Origin: an uncultured delta proteobacterium
GTDB taxonomy: Bacteria > Myxococcota > Kuafuiibacteriia > Kuafuiibacteriales > Kuafuiibacteriaceae
DNA: 64,000 nt
Direction of reading: 5' to 3'
Assembly: GCA_963803435.1 (NCBI GenBank)
Contig: CAWDML010000007.1
Coordinates: 352,001-416,000, forward strand
Numbering within the stretch: position 1 is the stretch's first letter; every line of letters begins with the position of its first letter. The notes beneath the pieces are model-generated. The model saw only the letters and a list, made by a program, of their open reading frames with translations, was not told the origin of the DNA and did no database searches. The position numbers and the translations under genes are program-made. Positions 56,430 through 64,000 of this stretch are shown here, in pieces.

Positions 56430-57842
56430 TCAGGGATCGTCGCAGTAGTAACCGGTGGTCGGATCGACGAAGCGGCAGACCTGGCCCATGGCGGCACAGT
56501 CGACGCGCTGTCGCTCGTGGTCCTCGCACCACTCGGAGACGTCCCCGAGGCAATGGCCCTGATAGTCGAGCTCGCCGCAATCGAGCGGATCCGGGTCGCA
56601 GTCGGAGCCGATGCGTTCACCGAGGAAGAGGCAGTGCTCGCCGCAGGCCTCGCAGTCGCGCTCGTAGATCACGCCGCGGTCACACCAGCGAGCCACCTCG
56701 CCGTTGCAGGTGCCGAAGTGCGCGAGGCCCTCGCAGGGATCGCCGGCGAGCGGCATACAGCGCCAGCCCGCCGCGGACCATCCGCAGCCCTCTCCGTTCG
56801 CGCAGTCGTTCGTGACCAGCTCTCCTCCTTCGCAGTGGCTCTCAGTGCTCCCGCTGTTCTTGCAGAGCCCCTCAGAGGTGACCATGCCGCACGGGATGGG
56901 GCCGGCGCCGGGCGTCGGTCCGGTGACGTTCTCGATCCAGGATCGCTGCGCGTCGGTCCGGATGTAGTCGTCCTGGTGCGCGCACTCTGCATCGCCCTCG
57001 CTGAGATCGCCGAGCACCCGGGCGTCGCCTTCGGGTGCCACGATCATCGAAGGCCCGCCCGAGTCACCGTAGCAGACGCCTTGCATGCCCATGCCGTCGA
57101 CGGTGAAGGAGGACGCGCGGACCGACGCGAGGACCTCGGTGACGAAAAAGCGGCCGTGGGTGGTGCTCTCGGTGTCTCCAAACCCGGCTTGCTCGAGGAA
57201 GATGCCCTCATCGGCGCCGCTCAACATGCCGAGGTAAATCGGGATCGGCTGCACCGCGATCTGCGTCGAGGGATCGATCGCCAGCGTCAGGAGCGTCATG
57301 TCGCGCGTCGGATGCTCGAGCTTCGCCGCCACGTTCACGGTCAGATCCGGGTTGAGGTCGTCCTCGCCGAAGAAGACGCGCAGCGCGCTCGGATCTTCGC
57401 CCATGGTGCAGTGGGTCGCGGTCAGCACCGTACTCTCGGCGATCAGCGTTCCCGAGCACCACGCGCCGCCCGTGGCGTACCCGAGCCCGACGACCGCGTT
57501 CACCTGGGCGGGCGAGAGGGGCACCACCGTGGGTTGCCGCGTCCCGTTGATGACATTGGAGCGCGCTGGAGCCGGCGGCTTCCTCGGCCCGTCCTCGCAG
57601 ATACCGCCCGCGTCGGGCGTCGCGCCGTCGGGCGTCGAGGCGTCGAGGCGTCCGGCGTCCGGGGTGGTGGACGCGTCGTTCGAGCCGACCTCGGCGTCCT
57701 TACCGGGACTCGCACCACCGTCGGCCAGCGCCACCGACGCGTCCCGCGGCGTGGTGGGGGGGCTTCGCTTCGGGGCGGAGCAGCCGGCGGCGATGAGGGC
57801 GAGGACGATGAGGCGGCGCATCCGACCCGATATGTAGCTCAT
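56430..57842 (-). CDS. S1 trypsin-like protease lipoprotein with a Cys-rich tail
   Basis: VING, CSGTLI, LTATHC, D, GDSGGP; lipobox AAGC. Confidence 0.92.
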   Translation of the reverse strand: MSYISGRMRRLIVLALIAAGCSAPKRSPPTTPRDASVALADGGASPGKDAEVGSNDASTTPDAGRLDASTPDGATPDAGGICEDGPRKPPAPARSNVINGTRQPTVVPLSPAQVNAVVGLGYATGGAWCSGTLIAESTVLTATHCTMGEDPSALRVFFGEDDLNPDLTVNVAAKLEHPTRDMTLLTLAIDPSTQIAVQPIPIYLGMLSGADEGIFLEQAGFGDTESTTHGRFFVTEVLASVRASSFTVDGMGMQGVCYGDSGGPSMIVAPEGDARVLGDLSEGDAECAHQDDYIRTDAQRSWIENVTGPTPGAGPIPCGMVTSEGLCKNSGSTESHCEGGELVTNDCANGEGCGWSAAGWRCMPLAGDPCEGLAHFGTCNGEVARWCDRGVIYERDCEACGEHCLFLGERIGSDCDPDPLDCGELDYQGHCLGDVSEWCEDHERQRVDCAAMGQVCRFVDPTTGYYCDDP

Positions 57843-57890
57843 CCGATTACATTAGCCGCTAGGATGATCGGCTGAGGCGACGCCGGGGGC

Positions 57891-58823
57891 TCACGCGGTC
57901 TTCGAGCCGTAGTCCATGCCCGGCACCAGATAGCCGCGGGTGAAGCGGCCGTTCGCGTTGCCGATCTTGACGCCGTACGCGCTCCCCATCGCCTCGATGG
58001 TGCGCCCGTCGCCCAGGCTGATGGCGACGTGCCCGTCCTTGTAGAGCAGCGCTCCCGGGGTGTTGATCGCCTCCTGAAGGCTGATCTGCGCGCCCTTCTG
58101 CTGGAGGTACGGCTCCTGGTTCATGGTGCCGTCGGGAATGTTGATGCCCGCCTGGGCGCACGCCCACTGGACGAGCTCGGAGCAGTCGAAGGTGTCGGGG
58201 TTCGGATCGTTGAGGTCGACCTCGTGGCCGAACACGTACTTGTCGCCGTCCTGCGCCAGCGCCGCCTTGAGGAAGTCGCCGACCGTGCCCTTGCCCGTCG
58301 GCATGTTGCTCAGGTCGGGGTGCTCGCCGGTCGGGGCACCGGTCCCGCCGCCGCCCGAGCTCGACATGCCGCCCCACGTCTTCGGGCTCACCGAGCGCGT
58401 GTTGGAGAAGGTGGAGTGCGCGAGGTTGCCCAGCGTCTGGCCGCCACGCTTGTCCTGCTGCTGGAGCGCCCACATGATGAGCATCGCCATCAGATCGTCG
58501 CCGCCGAGGCCGTTCGGATCTTGCAGGCCGGCCTGCTTCGCATCGTCGAGGGCCGGGAGCCCCATCCGCTGCCTGATCTCGTTGAGCTGCTGAAGGAGCT
58601 TGGGATCGCCCTCAAGCTCGATCTGCATCTCCTTGAAGAACGGCGCGAGATCGCCCTCGCTGATGCCGGTCTCCCGGGAGAAGTCGTCCAGTCCGAACTG
58701 CTCGGCCTGCGAACCCTGGCTGGTCGCCGGAGTCGGGTTCGCGTTGGGAGTGAAGAACCCGCCCTGGAGGAGTGCCTGAAGATCGAGCTGTCTGCGGTCA
58801 GAGACGAGACCCAAATACGCCAT
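57891..58823 (-). CDS. NlpC/P60 peptidase with a low-complexity N-terminal region
   Basis: GDKYVFG, FDCSEL, GHVAISLGDG.TIEA; no signal peptide. Confidence 0.9.
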   Translation of the reverse strand: MAYLGLVSDRRQLDLQALLQGGFFTPNANPTPATSQGSQAEQFGLDDFSRETGISEGDLAPFFKEMQIELEGDPKLLQQLNEIRQRMGLPALDDAKQAGLQDPNGLGGDDLMAMLIMWALQQQDKRGGQTLGNLAHSTFSNTRSVSPKTWGGMSSSGGGGTGAPTGEHPDLSNMPTGKGTVGDFLKAALAQDGDKYVFGHEVDLNDPNPDTFDCSELVQWACAQAGINIPDGTMNQEPYLQQKGAQISLQEAINTPGALLYKDGHVAISLGDGRTIEAMGSAYGVKIGNANGRFTRGYLVPGMDYGSKTA

Positions 58824-58858
58824 GCCCGGCCATGATGCAGCACGGTCCAGCCACGGTG

Positions 58859-58881
58859 CAGTTACCCGGGGAATGTAAGCG
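58859..58881 (-). promoter_or_regulatory. CGCTTAC-N9-GTAACTG site upstream of NlpC/P60 gene 1
   Basis: Arms identical to those at 62114-62136. Confidence 0.6.
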
Positions 58882-58904
58882 AAGCGCGCCAGGTCACAGG
58901 CTGC

Positions 58905-59246
58905 TCATCGCAGGAGCGACCGGATCGCCTGCTCGTCGTGGCCGACGACCACCCTCCCCTCCTCGAGGAAGATCGGCCGGCGGATCAGGTTGTTGTCGTC
59001 GAGAACGGCGGCGATGAACGCGGCCTTTCCCGGCGGCGCCGCCTTCCAGTTCTCCGCTTTGGCGCGGGCGTGGCGGGTGTTGATCACATCGGCGACCGAG
59101 ACCACGGCGAGGATCTCCTCGAGCTCGGCACGGGTCAGCGGTGTCTTGGCGTAGTTTCGCTCCTCGATCGTATCGTCGAGTTGGCGCGCGAGACCTCGCG
59201 CGTTCCTGCAGCTCGTTCAGGTGCTCTTCCAGAACAGCTTGGCCAT
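58905..59246 (-). CDS. ArsC/Spx-like thioredoxin-fold selenoprotein (UxxC)
   Basis: MAKLFWKST-TGA-TSCRNAR...LIRRPI; TGA at 59219-59217 occupies the first Cys of CxxC; SECIS-like hairpin follows. Confidence 0.85.
59185..59202 (-). promoter_or_regulatory. putative bacterial SECIS hairpin
   Basis: CGCGCGA-GGUC-UCGCGCG, 14 nt downstream of UGA. Confidence 0.75.
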
Positions 59247-59360
59247 GACCGTGCTTAGCGCGAACCGCCCGGACAAGCCAGCGGCTCGTCTGGAGCGGCG
59301 CCTCCTCGTTCGTTGACCGGCGCGCGGACTTCGTACGAGCGTGCTCGACGGAGCAGCCTC

Positions 59361-61171
59361 ATGGAGACCGAACACGCCGACCTCGAAACCATCGCCCGCA
59401 TCCGCGCGCTCGCGGCGGCGGACTTCCATCCGGAGCGCTGGCGCGAGCTCTGCGAGCGCCTGGCGGAGCTTCCCCCGGCGCCGGAGGTGGCGGGTCTCAT
59501 CGAGGAGATCGAGCCGCTCCTGAAGGACTGGCCGGATGAGTGGCGCGCCACGATGTGCGGGCTCAGCTGGGACGAGAGGATGATGCGCGGCGAGCTCAAT
59601 CCGCGGCATCGCATCGTTCGTTATCTCCGCTACGACTCGGTCTTCATCGGTCGGTACGGGAGCATCATGGTGCGCTCGCCGGACGTGGTCGGTTCGAGAA
59701 TGGGTGGGCTCCGAGGTTCGCGGGCGCTCGCGCACGTCAAGCGGCTCAACCTCAAGGGACAGCGCCGACTCGGTGATGAAGGCGCCGACGCGATGGCGAA
59801 CGCGGAGATGCCTCGGCTCGAGCGGTTGGATCTCTCGGGCTGCGGGCTGAGCGCGGTGGGAGTGGGCGCGATCGCGGGGGCGCCGTGGGCACGACAGATC
59901 GTCGAGCTCGCCCTCGAAGGACTGCATGATCCGGAGGCGGTGGCCGTCCTGGCGGGTGCGTTTCCACGCCTCTCCTCGCTCAGCCTTCAGGACTGCGCGA
60001 TCGACGAGGCTGCCGCCGAGCGGCTGGCGGGCGCACCCTGGACGGAGCTCGTCCGGCTCGACGTGGGCGGTGGCCTCCGCACCGGCGCCGTGCTGGAGAG
60101 GCTTGCGCGGGCCGCACCCGCCGTCCGCGACCTTCGACTTCGTGACGCCTCGCTCGACGCGCCTGCGATCGAAGCGCTCAGCGGGTTCGGTCGGCTCGAC
60201 GCGCTCAATCTGGCCGGGGGAATGGAGTGGTCGAGCGAATCCAAGCGCTACGTCTCGAAGACCGCGCTGACGTTCGATCGAGCGACGCTGGAGCAGATCG
60301 GCGTGGCCTGGGCGCGGGTGCGTGGGCTCGGCCTCGAGCGTCGCGGGATCGACGCCGACGCCGTACGAGGATGGAGTCGAGCCGCCTCGAATCCGGCGGA
60401 GCTGCGGATCGACCACAACCCGATCGGCCAGCAGGGGCTGGACGCGATCCTGTCGAACCCCGACCTGCGAGCACTCTCGGCGGGCTTCATCGGGACGGTC
60501 GAGCGGGTGAAGGGTCGCGGGCTCCACGAGAATCGAACAGCTCACCCTGGAATCGGCTGCGCTCTCGACCGAGACCTGGGAGGCGCTCGGCACGCGCCTG
60601 CGGGTCCTTCGGTTGAGAGCGTGCGGGCTCGACGCCCGCTCCGTCGCCGCCCTCGCGCACGGCGGAAGGCTGCAGGGCCTCGAGGTGCTCAATCTGTCGT
60701 CCAACCCCATCGGCACCGAGGGCGTCGCCGAGCTCAGGGCGTGCTCATCGCTCCGTGAGCTGTCGCTCGGAGAGATCGGTCTCGACGTCCAGACGCCGGT
60801 CACCACCGGAGACGCGCTCGTGGAGATCGGTTCGGCCGGGATCGCGCCCGCGATCCTGAGGCTTCACGGCGCGGGCCTCGAGGACGACGCCCTCCTCCGC
60901 CTGCTGGAGAGCGGCCTCTTGCGACGGATCGAGACCCTCCACCTCCCTCACAATCAGATCGGTGCGCGCGGCGCGGCCAGACTGGTCGAGCTCCAGCTCG
61001 AGGTGCTCGAATCTCAGCCACAACGCTCTCGCCGACGACGACGTGGCGGGAGCGCTCCTCGATCGTGCCCGGCGCGGCGGCGAGTGGATGTCCGTTTGCC
61101 TCGAAGGCAACCCAATCTCGGAGGTCGTGCAGGCGCGCCTGAAGCGCCAGCCTGCGCGCTGCTGTCCCTAG
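59361..61171 (+). pseudogene. leucine-rich repeat protein, frameshifted
   Basis: LxxLxLxxxxL/IG repeats spread over three frames (shifts near 60520-60610 and 61000). Confidence 0.75.
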
Positions 61172-61320
61172 CACGCACCGGCTCATCCGAGCGCGCACAC
61201 ACGCACGAGCGATCGGCGGTGTGGGTCGCCTGCACGGTCGCCGCTTCGGAGCCATCGGCAGACGGCGTCTCGAGTGCAAGCAGTTGACGACATCCCGCGG
61301 CGGCCCGTCTCTGGGCGACC

Positions 61321-62100
61321 ATGCATCGCCAACGCCCGCCCTTCAGCTCATTCCTCCTCGTTGTCGCCGCCGCCTGCGGCGCGCCGGGCTCGTCCGACGA
61401 CGAGATACCGCGCTCGTCTGCCGGTCTCACCGACTATACGTCACCGTACACGCTCTCCAAGTTTCAGGACGCGCTCGACCACGCCAAGCTCCAGTACGGT
61501 CCCTCGCCGTACGTCGAGGTCGAGATGCCTGCGCTCCAGACGTTCGCCAACTCGAAGTTCTATCTCTCGAGCTGCCGCTACCTGACCTTCTACACCAACA
61601 AGTCCGACGCCGACGACGGCGATCGCACCGAGCTTCGACAACAGCTGGTCGCGGGTGACGACTACGCGAACTGGTACGTCTCCGAGGCCGAGAACCGGAT
61701 GACCGCCACGCTCAAGGTCGCGCAGTCGGACATGAACGAGCTCACGCTTCTCCAAATCCACGACAAGGCGTCGTCACCCAACACGCCGTTGCTGCGGATC
61801 GCCTTCATGAAGTCGTACCGCGGGCAGACGAACCACCTCTGGGCGGTCATCCGGACCAGCTTGTATTCGTCCACGTACGACAAGCTCGACCTCGGGGCCC
61901 TGACCCTCGGCTCGCTCTTCTCGGCGGACATCGAGGTGGCGTCGAGCACGCTGCACCTCACCGCAAACGGTGTGACGATTCAGGAACGGTCGGTCTCCTA
62001 CTGGACCGTACCGAGCTACTTCAAGGCCGGCAGCTATCCGCAGGGGACGGGGATCGGTAAGGCGTACTTCGACCGGCTGGACCTCACGCATGTCGAGTAA
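61321..62100 (+). CDS. polysaccharide lyase family 7 (alginate lyase-like) lipoprotein
   Basis: RTELR, QIH and YFKAGSYPQ PL7 motifs; lipobox AAAC. Confidence 0.88.
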   Translation: MHRQRPPFSSFLLVVAAACGAPGSSDDEIPRSSAGLTDYTSPYTLSKFQDALDHAKLQYGPSPYVEVEMPALQTFANSKFYLSSCRYLTFYTNKSDADDGDRTELRQQLVAGDDYANWYVSEAENRMTATLKVAQSDMNELTLLQIHDKASSPNTPLLRIAFMKSYRGQTNHLWAVIRTSLYSSTYDKLDLGALTLGSLFSADIEVASSTLHLTANGVTIQERSVSYWTVPSYFKAGSYPQGTGIGKAYFDRLDLTHVE

Positions 62101-62113
62101 CGGACAGGCGTGG

Positions 62114-62136
62114 CGCTTACCACGCCCCCGTAACTG
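62114..62136 (+). promoter_or_regulatory. CGCTTAC-N9-GTAACTG site upstream of NlpC/P60 gene 2
   Basis: Arms identical to those at 58859-58881; overlaps the hairpin GGCGTGG...CCACGCC. Confidence 0.6.
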
Positions 62137-62168
62137 AAGCCTCCAACCCGACCCTGTATCGTCCGCTC

Positions 62169-63125
62169 ATGGCGGTATCAGCGACCGAGCTCAGGATGAG
62201 CCAGCTTCTTCCCTACCTTCAGGGAGACCCCTTCGCAGACGGTGCCTCGATCGACCCCGCGATCCTCGGAGACGACGTCGCCCGGATCGCGAAGAAGGAT
62301 CCCACGCTCAGCGACGGCATCGACAACAAAAAGGAGCTCCAAAAGCTGCTGGAGATGCTGAACCAGAGCGGCGGCGACCTGAACGGCCTGCCCCGCCCGA
62401 GCTTCGACAACCTGGGCGGGATGACCTCTCAGGACATGCTCCAGGCGCTGATCGACTGGATCCAGAGCGGCGGGCCCGACGCGAACAAGAAGACCACGCA
62501 GCCGGCGCCCATCGGGAACCTCACCTCGCCGAGCAACTTCCGCACACAGCCGGCCAGCTGGAACGGCAACACCGGCGGCGGAACCAGCGGCGGTGGAGGT
62601 GGAGGGAGCGGCGGCGGCGCCTCGGCACCGGTGGGCGGTCAGGCCGCGCCGAACACACCCTCGATGGCCTCGAAGGAGATCCCTGCGGACGCGAAGGCCT
62701 TCCTCGACAAGAACAAGTCGAAGATGACGCCCCAGCAGCAGAAGCTGATCGAGAACGCGCTCTCGATGGTGGGCTCGCCCTACGTGTACGGCGGCAAGGC
62801 CGACGCGAGCAACGCGCACCCGAACGGGCTCGATTGTTCAGGCTTCGCGAACTGGGCGACGGGTCGCGCCGGGGGCCAGATGAACCTGGCCACGTCGACG
62901 TCCTCCGGCGGAAAACCGATGGATATGAACACGGCGCTCCATACGCCGGGGGCCATGCTCATCAAGCCGGGTGGGGGCGCGGGCGGCCACATCGTGATCA
63001 GCCTGGGCGACGGCAAGCACACGATCGAGGCGATGGGTACGCAGTACGGCATCGTCGTCGGCAACGTGCGCTCCGAGTTCACGTACGCGGTCGCGCCCAG
63101 CGGCGTACCGCTCAACCAGGTTTAG
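62169..63125 (+). CDS. NlpC/P60 peptidase with a low-complexity N-terminal region
   Basis: GSPYVYGG, LDCSGF, GHIVISLGDG..TIEA; no signal peptide. Confidence 0.9.
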   Translation: MAVSATELRMSQLLPYLQGDPFADGASIDPAILGDDVARIAKKDPTLSDGIDNKKELQKLLEMLNQSGGDLNGLPRPSFDNLGGMTSQDMLQALIDWIQSGGPDANKKTTQPAPIGNLTSPSNFRTQPASWNGNTGGGTSGGGGGGSGGGASAPVGGQAAPNTPSMASKEIPADAKAFLDKNKSKMTPQQQKLIENALSMVGSPYVYGGKADASNAHPNGLDCSGFANWATGRAGGQMNLATSTSSGGKPMDMNTALHTPGAMLIKPGGGAGGHIVISLGDGKHTIEAMGTQYGIVVGNVRSEFTYAVAPSGVPLNQV

Positions 63126-63150
63126 CGAGCAGCCCCGCGGAGACTCCCAG

Positions 63151-64000
63151 CTAATACGTCGAGAACGTGCTCCAGCCCGGGTTGAACTGGGCGCCCGCGA
63201 CGGAGCACTGGCACCACGTGTACGCGCCCGTCGGGCTGCAAGCACGCGCGGCAGCTCCCCCTCCGAGGTCGTACGCCCCGTGGATCGCGGCGGCGAGGCG
63301 CAAGGCGAGCGCCGTGAGCTCCGGGTCGGTGGCGTTGTAGCGGGCCCACGCGAACCCGAGTCGGCCATCCGGGTACGGGTGGTTCGTGGACCATGCGCGC
63401 GCCGCGTAGACCTGTCCGCTGACGTGGTGCTGCATCTGATCGAGCGGGATTGCCGTGTTCCCGTACCCATTGCCCGACGAGCTCCACACGGCGTTCATCA
63501 GCGGCACGTAGGCGCGAGAGAAGTACGACCGGGCGGTCGCGGCTTGCGCAGGTCCGACCTCGGCCAGCCGGGCGACGTGCTCCACGTACTCGTTGATGTG
63601 TCCGCTCCGGGCACCGACGGTGGTCCCCGGAACGCAGACGTACGAAGGATCGGCGTAGACCTCCTGCGCCCAGAAGCGGACGTGAAGATTCACGGCGCTC
63701 CAGAAGGAGGCCTCCTCAATCCAGGTCTCGAGCAGAGGCTTGTAGACGGAGAAGTTCACCGTCCCGTGCCCCAGACCGATGGTGAAGACGGTCCCTCTCA
63801 CCGCCGGCGCGCCCGCGGGCCCGTCGAAGAGCCCGTGGACCACGTCGATGACGTTCTGACGGACCGCCGCGTTGCTGCGCACCGACGACGGAAGCTCGTT
63901 GAGGGCCCAGAGGTCGCCCTGGGACACGTCGTAGCCCGCCGCGTCCATCCGCCTCCGAAACTCGACACCTCGGTCGTACCAAGAGCCGGGAGCGTTGGAC
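63151..64000 (-). CDS. C-terminal part of a hypothetical protein running off the window
   Basis: Long GC3-rich frame open to the window end. Confidence 0.7.
   Translation of the reverse strand, partial: SNAPGSWYDRGVEFRRRMDAAGYDVSQGDLWALNELPSSVRSNAAVRQNVIDVVHGLFDGPAGAPAVRGTVFTIGLGHGTVNFSVYKPLLETWIEEASFWSAVNLHVRFWAQEVYADPSYVCVPGTTVGARSGHINEYVEHVARLAEVGPAQAATARSYFSRAYVPLMNAVWSSSGNGYGNTAIPLDQMQHHVSGQVYAARAWSTNHPYPDGRLGFAWARYNATDPELTALALRLAAAIHGAYDLGGGAAARACSPTGAYTWCQCSVAGAQFNPGWSTFSTY

Noticed and set aside
58859-62136. Invertible DNA switch between the two dyad sites
   Set aside because: The 9-nt cores differ and there is no recombinase nearby; kept only as a regulatory motif
1-64000. CRISPR array or cas genes
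   Set aside because: No regularly spaced direct repeats with unique spacers and no Cas motifs seen by eye

Overview
A high-GC window whose gene content (DUF1592/DUF1552 pair, Cys-rich and VWA lipoproteins, DAG-rich linkers) suggests a Myxococcota-type bacterium; this is inference. About a third of the window is mobile or decaying DNA. (i) A complete IS21 (13558-15932, 5-bp TSD) sits inside a defective IS66-like element. (ii) An IS110 remnant retains a structured upstream non-coding region. (iii) An island next to tRNA-Gly(CCC) holds tyrosine-integrase fragments, an apparently intact four-gene DDE transposon (Zn-ribbon, Mu-like DDE, ExeA-type ATPase, RepA/AAA_25-type ATPase) and a damaged T5orf172/GIY-YIG (SNIPE-like) gene pair. 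(iv) There is a triple nest: IS1182 > IS66 (8-bp TSD) > antisense group II intron. Signals the ORF track misses include an ArsC/Spx-like selenoprotein (UxxC plus a SECIS-like hairpin), two divergent signal-less NlpC/P60 paralogs sharing an N-terminal motif and an upstream CGCTTAC-N9-GTAACTG site, and a recurrent TANNNT box 6-7 nt before start codons that suggests leaderless mRNAs. All family calls come from motif recognition by eye; no searches were run.
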